Positions 33,961-46,400 of a DNA stretch of 64,000 bases are shown one piece after another. The stretch comes from Gnetum montanum (lineage: Eukaryota > Plantae > Gnetophyta): positions 159,365 to 223,364 of the forward strand of contig MNCI01002388.1 of the NCBI GenBank assembly GCA_015680685.1. Reading direction: 5' to 3'. The notes below the pieces were generated by a model that made no database searches, had not been told where the DNA came from, and saw nothing but the letters and a program-made list of their open reading frames with translations. Position 1 is the first letter of the stretch, and each line of letters begins with the position of its first letter. A program made the position numbers and the translations under genes.

Positions 33961-34982
33961 TTGTGAATTATGTATGACTTATTTGCAATTACTTTTTCTG
34001 AAAGATATATCATCAAGGCTTTGTCACAGTGATCTTGGATGATGTAACTAATCTAAATAACTAGCACCATCCCCAGCAATGGCACCAATGATGAGTGGTG
34101 AGGTACCCCTACACTCAACCATACGAATACAAGCGTTCACACACGATCCGGTCAAACTCTGCAGATGGACTAGTTATGGTATCTAGATAGTTACACGTTG
34201 ATTGTAGTTCAATGTCTTCCTACCTGGACTAGTATTTGCTTTATCATGTATGGTTTAGTCTAGAGTGAGGTGTATGATATGATTTCTAAACTAGTGCGAC
34301 TCTTGGAGACAATGGAAAATAATCTTAATTAAACTAACAAGCAGTAGGAAATGAAGTCTAAGCTAGCCTAAGTGTGATGAGCATCTGTTCGTTAATCATC
34401 TGTATGCATCTTGGACTTCATGTACTACTTCTGGGATTACCAGGCGCACATTACTTAAGCACTCCTAAATACACTATTGGGTTACCAAGTAGTTACACTT
34501 CAATGTTCGTGATTAAGTCGTATTCATTCCACACTTAACAGCAATAATAGTAAATGACGGTAAAGAAGTATTAACTAAGAAAATAATAAATAACAATAAC
34601 AATTAAAAACTAAGTGAATGCTACAATGATGGAGTAATCTCAATCTTTATTGTCAGTCATGTGCGTGTCCAAGTATGTCACACTCGAATAAAGGTTTCAT
34701 ACAATTACAATCATCACATTGCAGGTATGCACTGGGGAAAGAATTGAAATGAATTAAAACTAACAAAAAAGATTTTGCTCTAACACTATCTGACTCCCCT
34801 TCTTATGCACTGAAACATGGTATTTATAGGCTTACACAGGAACCATGATATCGTGTATTCAATATCATTATCTAGGCTACGATATCACGTACCCGATATT
34901 GAGGGTTCGATATCAAGGGTCCAATATCATCACCTGGTTATTAGGGATATGATATCAGCACCTAACAAACCACGATTCATCA

Positions 34983-36848
34983 CTACATATTTCTTCTAGA
35001 ATCTTTCCACCAATTGCAAAGGATGGAGACCTATTGATGAGATAGCAAGCAGTCATGACAACTTCTGCCCAAAAATGTTTACCAAGATCAACTTCACTTA
35101 GCATGCATTTGATTCTTTCCAGCAACATTCTATTAAATCATTCAACTACTCCATTCTATTCAGGAGTTCTTGGAATAGTATTTTTCTTGTATATGTCATG
35201 TTCTTTAAAAAAATTATCAAAAGTATGGGATCAAAGTTCACCACCATTATCTATTCTGAGAACCTTGATTTTCTTTCTTGAATAATTTTCAACAAAGCTT
35301 TGAACTCTTTAAATTTTTCAAACACTTCAGACTTATGTTTCATTAAATAGATTCAAGGTTTCCTTGAAAAATCATCAATGAATGAAACATAATATGTAGC
35401 ACCTCCAAGTGATAATGTTTGCAAGTCTTTAATTGGTTCACATACATCGTTGTGTATTAACTCTAACACTTGATTAACTTTAACATTACTTCTTGGTAAT
35501 CTTGAACATGCTTGTTTACCAAGTAGGCAATGATGACAAAATTTTAGAGATTCTTCTATAAGGTTAATTTTACCTTTTTTATGCAATTCCTTTAAACCTT
35601 TTTCACTTAAATGTGTTAGTATTCTATGCCAAAGATCAATGCTTGAATGCAAGTCAATAATAGCTACCATGTTGAAGTTGTATTGCAACGTCCTTGCTTC
35701 TAATTAGTATAGTTTTCCCACCTTTATACCAATGGCTGGAGGTAAAGACCTTAGCAAGATTTTACATTTTTCTTCACCAAATATGATAGTTAGACCTACA
35801 AAATCTAACTCACTCACAAAAAAGAGACTCATTGTGAGTTTAGGTACATGACAAACATGAGATATAGTTTTAATGGTTCCATTCTTAAATTGGATTTTAA
35901 CTTTACAGTACCCAACAACATCATAAAGACCATCATCACCTAGTTTGATCACACTAAGATTACAAACAAAGTATTTACAAAACCATTCAAGGTGTGGGTT
36001 ATAGTGATAGGAAGCACCAAAATCAATATACTAAGAAACTCTCTCAGTGTCATCAACTAATAACATAACATATAAATCTCCCTCTCGATGAGGAGGAATT
36101 TCATTTTTATTATTATTATTTGCATTTGCTTTTCCTTTCTTTTTTATATTTTTTAAGATGACCAAATTTTCCACAATTCCAACATCTTGATTTTGTGGAA
36201 TTTTTTTGGGATCTGGAAGGTTTAAGTTGTGGGATTTTATTCAACTTTAAGTTGGATCTTTTGGCAAGGAGAAGATCACTTTGGATAGGGGCAGACCTTT
36301 TAATTCTTCTTTCTTCAATAAGGAGTTGGGCTACAATAGTATCAAAATTAGGAGTTGACATAGAATTACTCACTAATGTTACAAAAGTATTCTAGAACTA
36401 AAGAAGAGACTCTAAAAGATACATGTCTTTCTATTTCATTTTATCTTCAACTGCTTCAAGTTGCATCATGATATCATTGAAGATACTTAGATGATTAGTA
36501 ATCAACATACCTTCAAGCATCTTGAGTGTGTATAAATTCCTCCTATGAAATAATCTATTAACAACGAGATTTTGTTTGGTACAAATCTTTTAATTTATCC
36601 TACAGGTCTTTGGCAGTTAGACCTCTAGAAACATTAAGTAGCACCAAAGGAGAGAGACACAAATGAATTCTACTTCATGCCTTTCTATCCAAGGCCTCCC
36701 AATCTAAATCTGTGATAGTAGTAGGCATTGAATTAGCAATTACTCACCATAGATCTTTACTAATAAAAAGATCCTCCATGTACATTCTCCAAACTTCATA
36801 ATCATTGCCAAAGAATTTTTCAATTTTGATTTTTGCTAAGTTTGTCAT
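34983..36848 (-). pseudogene. Copia gag-protease-integrase part
   Basis: CWNCGKFGH knuckle. 'LWHRILTHLSEKGL...CHHCLLGKQ...LELIHNDVC...YYVSFIDDFSRK'. Confidence 0.9.
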
Positions 36849-38930
36849 ATTCTGAAATCAAGAAAACACCACAAAAGAACCTTGCTTTGATACCAATTGT
36901 GATTTTTTAGATCATTCATGATAGCAGTAAAAAAATAAATCAATATCCTAGGGAAAAACGAAAAACCCTAGTAAGAAAAAAAATCTTGGATCTTTATGTC
37001 AACTCAAAGAGAATTTCTTAAACACAATGAACAACAAAGAATGGGAAAGAAGAAAGCATAGGAATGAAAGCCAAACACACTACCTTCAAGGCTTTCTTAT
37101 AACCATATTTACAGCATGGGATGGACATTTGTAGTTAGTGTTAATCAAATGTAAGCTAGATATTAACAACAGTAAAATGACAAAGATGAACAATAGTTTT
37201 ACATTGACTATATTTCAAATATATATAGTTAAATAGTCAACACTGCATTTTATTACAACATCACTATTGTATCATACAATTATAAAAAAGATAGTACTTG
37301 TAATCAAAGAGATGACAATATTTGAGATTAAGTGAACAACAATTGCCTACACTTCACTCACAAATATGATATTTTAGAAAACTTATAAAGCAATACAACT
37401 ATATTTTAGGTATGATTCTAACAACCTATTACTTACAAAACTTTATTAGATAATGATCTAACTACTTGAGCTTCTATTAAAGCACTATTTTAAATATATA
37501 TATCAACTTTAGGGTAATAGTTAGGTAGAATATAGACAAAAACATAATAATAGTTCAAACATAACTTAAATTTTGAACTTATCACTTGAACCATGCTTTC
37601 ATTGACAAATAAATAACATATGTAATAGTAAGGGGTGGAAGATAGCCCTCATTGGCTTTGATTATAAGTAAAGAATTGAAAAAAATCATTTCTTTAATGA
37701 AATAGAACTAAAAATTTATTACGTTTGTAGAAAGATACATGCCATGAGTTTTAAACCCTCATTATGTGTTATTAATAACATTTGCAACAAATCAACTAAA
37801 ATTGCATATGTAATATTCCATCTATGTCTAATGTGCTCAAATATAGAACATTCCAGGAAAATGTAATATTCATGTTTAATGCTATTTGTACTACTGAGTT
37901 ACCATATTAATTCTTCATGAAGAATTTTGAGCCATACCATATTCATTCTTCATTAAAAATTTTGAGTCATCTACCTATTTTATCTCTTAGACGATGAGAT
38001 CCCATTTGTGCCCTACTAATTTTGCATCACAAATGATAAGGAATAAGTATAGTTAAGGAATTGTCTTTGAATTAAGGGCTTCCTTAATACTATTCAAATT
38101 GAAGTAGTTTTTCCTTCTATATTTTCTAAAGTTTTTTGAAATACTTATTATTTTATCAATTTATGAACTTGCTAAGAATGAAAATAAAGAGTGTACTCTT
38201 AGAAATTTTATTTATTAAAGTATAAAAATTTCTCATGAAGCCATCCCTTATCATGGGTTTCTATCATCACCTTTTTAGAGTATTTATCAAAAAAAGAAAA
38301 AAGATTATGAGTGTATTCTATAAACTGACAAATAGCTTCAACTTCTAAGGACACCATCTTTGCTTTAGAAAGCATAATATCATATTACGTTTGTCTCTTC
38401 AATTTGAGTTCATTGAATAGGAAAAGCTTATGAGTTTCTTTTATCTATTTCCAACATTTATTTGATTGAACATTTTCTTCTTATCAGTAATTGAAGCATG
38501 TATCTTAAAACTTGATGGAGAGTATTTTATTTATAGCTTGAAAGAAATAATTAGGTGACATGAATGTATGAGCAAAAAGTGAAATGCCTCTCAACAAATC
38601 TTAACTTACAATAGCTTTGAAGTTTCCCTTAAAGGTAAAATCCATTAAATGGAATTAATGAAGATTAGTTATTAAAGTAAATATTAGAAAAATTTTTGTA
38701 ATAACCTAACATCACCCATAACATAACTACTAATCAACTAGCACTGAGGATGGCCATCTTACAATTAACATGGCTAAAATGTACTTATGTTGTAGTTTAT
38801 TAAACTATACTTTTCATTTTTGTTAACTATAGGCGTAGCTATGTTGCCTATTTAAAATGAAAAATGTGATTTGGAGGTTTTTTTTTTTTATGGAGGGCAT
38901 GAGGATGTCAAAATTAGACAAGTTGAGGGG

Positions 38931-39245
38931 TGTTAGAACCTTGAAATAATTATAATATAGGTACACCTCAAGATATATAGTCTAATTAGAACTTTATAAC
39001 TCAGCATTGTCCACAAAAAATGAACCCATGACTTGGAGCTTTCAAATCAAGAGTCTTACCACTAAACTAATACCTCAAGGTTAGAACTTAGGAATGTTGG
39101 AACCCGAAATAATTGAAACATAGGTACACCCCAGGATATATAGTCCACATAGAACTTTATAATACAACATTGTCCACCAAAATCAAACCCATGACTTAAA
39201 GTTCCCAAATCAAGAGTCTTACCACTAGGCTAACACCTCATTATT
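38931..39245 (-). mobile_element. Two tandem copies of tRNA-derived SINE family 1 (about 150 bp each; 38931-39078, 39095-39245)
   Basis: Minus strand has an A-box-like TAGCCTAGTGG, a B-box-like GGGTTTGATT/GGGTTCA and a tail ending GTTCCAACA. Further copies or fragments at about 16055-16130, 42534-42630, 49552-49697, 50910-51062, 51876-53020 (split by an LTR), 60020-60126 and 61316-61420. Confidence 0.7.
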
Positions 39246-40127
39246 AAGACTTAAACAAGTTAACTATATAGGTATAACCTAAGACATAACATTAATATGA
39301 TACATTATATGAATTATACAAGAATATAATGATGCCCCAAGTGTGGCTTCAATGGGTAGTAATAGGTATAAATTATCTTAGTGATAATTTTATTTTAAAT
39401 TTATTGTGATATTACATATAAGTCAACCAATAAAAATCAGTGTCTTGAACAAATTCTAATTCTTGCTCTCACATTTAGTGTTCTTAATGGAAACCTATAT
39501 GTTTCTTTCCTCATAAATGTTACTTGGTTAGTGGTGGAAAGCATGTACATAGTGTCTTAACCTATACTTATTATAAGCATGTACTCATTTGCAATGGTGA
39601 AAAGTATCTAAATTGTATCTTAACCTATATTTATTATAAGCATGCATCCATTCATTCAAATACATATATACTATGTAGCAATAGCTTGTAATTGTAGACA
39701 TGCCCAAGCATGTCACCATACATTTAAAGTAGACAAAAGAGAATGAACCCTTTACTATTAAAATTGTTATTATAAATGCTTACAATGATTCTATCTACTT
39801 CATTGAGATTATGATTACCTTTTATTTTATTTAAATACATGTTCTTGAGTTCTACCCCTATCTTTACCTCTTGTGATTACTTCTTAATTCACTTAAACAA
39901 GTGTTCCTATGTGCCACATGTGCTTGCCAATGAGCCAAAGGACACATAAGCATGAGTGGATGTACCCATCCCTATGATTACAAGCTATTGCTACATGGTA
40001 TATGGTCTTCCCATTCATTCTAGGTATAAATGCATGATCATGCATGACATAGTATGTTCCCATCACTTTCACCATATAACTTTGTTGAATACATGAAATG
40101 TACAACAAAATCCAAGTATATTTTTGA

Positions 40128-40900
40128 CATCATCATCCTCACCTTGTCCCACTAAAATAGGGTTAGATACATAAGGTTTTTCTTCACCAATAGCTTCAAT
40201 GAAGAGTTAGATATTTGTTTATTTGCAATTTCTTCAAATCCTATTTAATTATTTTTCCCATATCTTTTTTAAACTTCCTTTTAGTGGCTTTCCTAGAATA
40301 GTGATACAAAAACTTGTTTTTAAACACTTATTTTCTAATCTTCTTTACACATGTCCAAACTATCTAACATGTTATTCTTGCAACTTATCTAAGTGTTTCT
40401 TAAATGTCTATATTGTGAAATTTATTTCTTTTGGTAACTTTCACTATCCATTTAAGTGTTTTCATTTCTGCTACACTAACTTGTTATTCATGCCTCTTTT
40501 GTACTACCCAACGTTCAATGCCATATAAGATAGTAGATCTAATTGCTATATTGTAAAATTTTTGCTTTAGTTTTATTAGGATTCCTTTATCACATAGAAC
40601 ACCATTAACCTATCTCCATTTTGATCATTTTGCCTTAATCTCATTTCTTATATCTTTATCAATTTTACCATTTGATTGGAGTATTGATCATAGGTAGTGA
40701 AACTATTTGCAGTGAGGGACTTTTAAGTCTTGGATTGTCACTTTAATTTCATCACTATTTATGTTGTTTTTAAAATTTCTTTCCATATATTTTGTCTTCT
40801 ATTATTTTTCAAGCCTTTTAATTTTAGAGCATGTAGCTACTTCTCCATTATGAAAACAATATGTTTTAGAGGTATATCCATCAATACAACAAGTTGTTCT
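40128..40900 (-). mobile_element. 5'-truncated RTE-clade LINE fragment
   Basis: 3' end ...ACCCTATTTTAGTGGGACAAGG(GAT)n typical of plant RTEs, plus an LYGIERW motif. A similar 3' end lies on + at about 41400-41490. Confidence 0.7.
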
Positions 40901-43900
40901 AATTTTAGTGGTTCAACAAGCTATTCTAATTTTAGTGGTGGCTACTTCATATATGTATTGAATCACTTTAATATATTTATCTAAATAATATCTCTAGGAA
41001 CTTTGAAACATGAAATATTGGTAGAAGAAGAATTAAACCTCAAACATTTCACTTACCATCATAAAGACATACTACCATTTTATGTACTTCATTGAAATTG
41101 GAATTGGTTTTTATCTTATTTAAATGTATTCTTAGGTGGGACCCAAGAACACATACACATAAGTGATAACACCATAATTATTATAATTATACTAAAATTA
41201 AAATTAATACATGATCATGGTAAATACATCAGTTGGCTTAATGCATTTAATTTAGGTTGAGGCAAAGTGTAAATAAATTTGATATTGGGGGAGAAAAAAT
41301 CATTTCTTTATTTAAATAAAATAATTTTATATTCAATAATAGAATCTTGATATAAAACTATGCAAAATATCATGGATGAGTCTTTTTTCAAATAAGATCC
41401 TTCCTAGAGGCAAATGTTGTAAAGGAACTCATGTAGCCAACCATATTTTACTTTGTTGGAATGAGGTTAAGATGATGATGATGATTTTGGTAAAATAATT
41501 AATTTTAGAAAGCTTTTGGACTACAAAATAAATTTATTTTGTCTTTTCAAACTTCCAACATAAATAAATTTCTATTCCAAAAAATATAAACATATAACTA
41601 CAAAACTAATTTCATTTCCAAAAGTGTATCTCTCAAGAAAAAATAAATCTTCAATTTTCAAACTTCCAACTATAAAAATAAATTTTTGAAAAACATTATT
41701 TGAGGAAATATTCTAATAAATTATTGTCTTTTTAAAAAAAGTTGGAAAATTTTCATTTTCCAACGGATTACACTGTCAAATAACATTATGGACTAGTCAA
41801 ATGGTTAATAAACTACACATATTAGTACATAGATAACATTATAATTATATTTTTCAAAAACTATCAAAATGTTATGCAAGTTTTGTATTAGCTATATATC
41901 CTAGGGTACATGTAGTCATAAATTTGAGTTAAGCTTTAGAATTTAAATTGGAAAATAAATAAATAAAAGTATTACTGATATAATACTCTCCTATAAATTT
42001 TGTAGATTTATCACAAGCCACAATGAATTAATAGTTTTAAAAAGCTCATCTTACTATATTAACTTTACTTATAAGAATCAATGTCATGCAAAACCCCTCA
42101 AACCCTAGTCTTTTGAATAAGTAAATTAGAAAATAATTGAGCAAAATTTCTATAATAAAATAAAAATTAAAGAGAAAAATGATTCCTTAATATGTTGAAA
42201 ATAAACTAGATTTATTATTTTTCTTTATGATTATTTGTTTTAAAAAACATGCAAATATCTTACAAATGCATCCTTTATTAATTATTTTACTTGAAGGCTT
42301 TCTTTTCTAATCACTTTTAATTATTAGATGTAACTATTGGTGTGGGGGGACATAGGGGTGGTGGGGGATGGTTGTTGAAACTCGAAAGAATGACTATAAA
42401 TACATCCTAAGACATATAGCCAATAAAGACTTTAGAAGAATTATATATGGATATGATGATGCATGAAGCGTAACTCAAACTAGCAACTCCTTGCCTAATA
42501 AGACAATGAGCTAACCACTCAAACAACTTAACATTGGCTCATGAGTTTGATTCTGGTAGGCAATGCCGAGTTGTAAAGTTCCAATTAGATTATATATCTT
42601 GGGGTGTACCTATATCACAATCATATAGGGTGTACATATATAATGTAGATTTTCATTCATAACTAATTATAAGATTAACTTTGTATACTACCAGTTTTCA
42701 TTATTTTTAACTAGTTCAATATCTTACATTACCAAAAACATTTTTTTAGTATCATGACATAAGTTATTACTTGATAAAGTTTCCAAATTTTAAAGATAGA
42801 CAAGAATATTTAGCTTCTTTGTATAATGTCACATATTCGAAAATCCCGTACTTGAATCTCATTTTTTTTCAAATCCTTTATTCAATACCTATCTAACTAA
42901 AATTCCTCTATTTTAATCCTACTAATAGTGATATGTGGCTCAAGTGATTAGCTCATTTTTTTTGTTAGGAAATAGGTTATTTTGGCCAAAGAGGCCAACT
43001 ACTCGTTGGCTAGACTTTATTATGGAAAATAAATAATTATCGTCATAACACTAGGCTAAGAGATGAACTTTTTGATAAGAATTATGAGTATGTATTTCTT
43101 AAACTTTGTTATGGAAAATAAATATTTATCATTATAATGCCACATCAAGAGATAAACTTTTTCACAAGAATTATGATGGATATGTAATGTCTCACAAGAT
43201 GAACTTTTTCAAGTGAATTATTGTGGGTATGTAATGGCTTGGCCAAATACCAACACAATATTTGAGACTAAACAATAGCTATGGCAACAATTCTAGGATT
43301 TTATTAATTTAAAAAGTAAAAAGATTCTTTGAACCAAATAATAGATATATATCATAAACATATAACTAAACTAGTTAGTTCAAGTCATATTCCTTGATAA
43401 TCTTTCTAAAGTATCATGTTCGCTCTATGTCTTAGGTTATACTTATAGCTATTTTTAGGTTCCAACACTTGCCTTCCCCTTATTTCAATTGTACAAGCTA
43501 TAGGTGACTTAAGTGGTTATCTCACTATCTTGTTAGGTAAGAAGTTGACAATTCAAATCACACTTAAGACATTGTTCTATTTCTCTAGAATTTTTCTAAT
43601 GTATTTTATTGGCCAACATGCCATATTAGAATAATTATAGAAGAATATAATAATACCTCACATGATTCAAACTCACAATTTATTGCCTAACTATGATAAT
43701 TAGAACTCTTATAGATATTGAAATTGTTACATTTAGATAATCTTCTTTAACATTTTTGCCACCTCTAATGTTTTGCTAGTAAAACTAATGGTCATTTTTT
43801 TTTTGGGTATTAATACATCATTTTACTATCTCTTTAAAACTTTCTTTGTAACAAGTTTCCAAGCTTGTTCTGAATTGTTTATTATAATAATATTTTCAAT

Positions 43901-44112
43901 AACCCATTTTGTAGCTACAATCTTCTTTAGTGAATCACTCTTATTATTAAGATCTCCAAATGATCTCTCCTAAGATCTTGTTTCTATTTTTATTTTTTAA
44001 GTAGAATGTTAAGAACTAATACATTGGTTCAACTTCCAATGATAACAAGTTAGCTTCTAATAGAAGTATTACATACAAAATTTGAATTTTTTCCTTGAAT
44101 TCATCTAACAAG

Positions 44113-44284
44113 CCACTTATAGGTGGCTCAAGTAGTCAGTTTATTGTCTTGTTGGATAAGAGGTTGCTAGTTCAAGTCACACTTGAGGCATAGTTATATT
44201 CATGTCTAATTCTATTAAAGCATTAAGTTAGCTATATGTCTTATCTTCAAGTGTACTTCAAGTCATTCTTTTGAGTTCTAGGAA
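44113..44284 (+). mobile_element. tRNA-derived SINE family 2 with 20-bp TSD
   Basis: A-box GTGGCTCAAGTAG and B-box AGTTCAAGTC. Flanked by CCTTGAATTCATCTAACAAG (44093-44112) and CCTTGAATTCCTCTAACAAG (44285-44304). The empty site is seen in the paralogous LINE at about 15675-15695. Other copies at about 42378-42527(-), 43500-43590 and 45865-45930. Confidence 0.75.
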
Positions 44285-44979
44285 CCTTGAATTCCTCTAA
44301 CAAGAATTTCTTTTGAAGTAGGTCAAAAATATTTCATGATTTTTAATCAACTTAGATCTCATACTACAAATCCATAAAGCAATGTAGCTTGTACAATTAT
44401 TTGAAAAAGTTGTTTTTGGATTGTCCAAGTTCAACTACTATGATTGCTACATTTATTCCTCATTATATATAAATTCTTTCATCCATTTATAAATCATTGT
44501 AATAAACAGTGGTTCCATTTATATTTTTGAAAGCATTTTACTCCCAAATATTTGTATTTCTTCACAATCTCAAGTTTTTAATTATTTAGTTGGAAAGTGT
44601 AATCTATCTTATTAATTTCATAAATTAGTACTTTTCTTTTGTAAACATTCACCTTCAGTACATTCACAGAATTTTTCTAGTTAAAGTAACCTCACTTTTA
44701 GCAATGTTTCTAAATTTGTATTTAGTTCTACATTAAATGTAAAGATTAATACTTTAATGGCATGCTTTGTAGGTGTCTCTTTAATTCAGTCCTTTAGTTC
44801 ATTAATAGAAATGTTCAATAATGTTGGTGAAAGAGGAAAACCTTGCTTTACTCATGCATTATTGTAAAACTAACAAGTATTTATGTGATTTCTTCAATTT
44901 TTAATTTGAATATTACCTCTATGCAAATTTTGGTTAATATTGAGTAAACCAATATCAACTTTAAGTTTGATAAGTCTTT

Positions 44980-45372
44980 TGTTGGCTATAGTTATCATGA
45001 TAAATTTAGGCCATGGTTATCATGATAAAATTAGACTATGATTATTAAAATAGTGGGTGGTTATCATTAGTTATTTAAGGGCCCCTTCACCGATATAAAA
45101 GGAACCTCCCTCACCTCAATTTAGATCCATCACATACATCCCCTTTCCATCTCACTCTTACATTCTTCTCCTATTGGAGGAGAGAGAGGCTTCTTCTTGT
45201 TCTCTCCTTGTGATGAAGAGAGAAGGTTGTTATCCCCATTTTTGATAATAAGATCCTTCTACATTTGCCCGTGGTTTTTTTTCCCACTTTGGGGGTTTTC
45301 CATGTAAAAGATTTGTGTCCATTGCTTTTTATTTTCATCTCATTTCATATTTTGTTGCCAAATCTGCTAACA
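44980..45372 (+). mobile_element. Copia-type solo LTR
   Basis: TGTTGG...CTAACA termini, TATA (gatataaaagg) and a CCCGTGGTTTT...GGGTTTTCCATGTAAA U5-type motif. It interrupts the LINE RT; the TSD is degraded. Confidence 0.6.
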
Positions 45373-46400
45373 TATTCTCCATAATTATTCTCCCACAATA
45401 GAATCAAATGATTTAGTAGAATCAACAAAGTAAATAAATGTTTTATGTTGATTATCATTAGTTTGTTCAATGCAATATTAAAGAATAACCAAATGGCCTA
45501 TTGTAGAATGTTTTGAAACATATGGATAATACTATACTTTAAAAGAACATAATCATGCATCAAGTATGCTTCAACCTATTAACCTCTTGCTCCCAAATCC
45601 TCATTAAATAATGATTGGTAAGAACCCTTTAGTGAGAAGTGAAAACTTGTGAGGGCACTTTTGAATAAGGGAAAGGCTTGATCCTTTCTTATCCCAGAGG
45701 GAAGGTTTTTCAAAACTATTTGTAAGGATGAAAACTTACATCTTTGATTATGTATCCTATTGGTAAATAATTAGAAAAATGTTTTAGGTTTTAGCCCTAC
45801 CATAAAAAAACCATCGATAGTAATGAAAATTTCAGAAGTTACAAGTAAAAAGATGCTAATTGCAAGTAGTTCAAGTGTGTAATGCATTGTCTTGTTAGAC
45901 AAGAAATTGTCAATTTGAGTTCCACTTTAAAAATTGTTATGCTTATCCTACCAAGTGGGATCTAGGGAGGATTGTTGGATAAGCAAATATCTAACCTATT
46001 TGAGTATTTATTTCTATACTTGAATCCACATCTTTTGACTTGAGAAATAAGTACCTTACCATCTCTCCATATGATGGTCCTTTTAGAAGTTACAAGTGCA
46101 TATTAAAAATAAATTTCACAAGATTATATATATTTATTTTTATAAATATTCTTACGAGTGATAAATGGATACTTTATCATAGAAAGGCTACAGTCTTTTT
46201 AACATTCCAAAAAAAAAAAAAAACAATCAAAGATGCTTTTAATTTTATCATGATGTTTTCAAGTTTTTCTAAAGTATTATGTTGCTTATATGTCTTAGGT
46301 TGTACCTATGGTCAATTTGTATTAAGTCCTAACACACAACCCCAATCTTCCAAGTGAGATTTTTTCTCTTTCAAAATAAACACCTAAGAGTGTAACATAT

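Larger units (their letters stand above)
28332..34982 (-). mobile_element. Athila-like element D, non-autonomous (gag + mini-ORF3, no pol), nested in the copia integrase
   Basis: LTRs 28332-29180 and 34089-34982. TSD CTACT/CTACA. PBS TGGTGCCATTGCTGGGGA (34070-34087) is the CpG-decayed tRNA-Asp PBS typical of Athila. PPT at 29181-29187. Confidence 0.9.
25733..37362 (-). mobile_element. Ty1/copia LTR retrotransposon (Tnt1/Tork-like), full-length but degenerate, interrupted by element D
   Basis: 5' LTR 36898-37362. PBS TGGTATCAAAGC (tRNA-iMet) at 36884-36895. Gag start MTNLAKIKIEKFFGNDYEVWRM at 36848, CCHC-type knuckle, protease DxGASYH, integrase HHCC, RT YVDDM, RNase H. PPT about 26256-26266. 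3' LTR ends at 26254; its left boundary is uncertain (about 25733-25762). Confidence 0.9.
43700..45530 (-). mobile_element. Degenerate LINE reverse transcriptase (clade uncertain), interrupted by a SINE and a copia-type solo LTR
   Basis: Minus strand reads FVDSTKSFD (about 45400-45435), VKQGFPLSP (about 44825-44855), YKYLGVK (about 44535-44560) and LLYGF. Confidence 0.7.

Noticed and set aside
38931-39245. Additional tRNA genes at the SINE heads
   Set aside because: Stems do not pair fully, copies are diverged and all carry a common non-tRNA tail.
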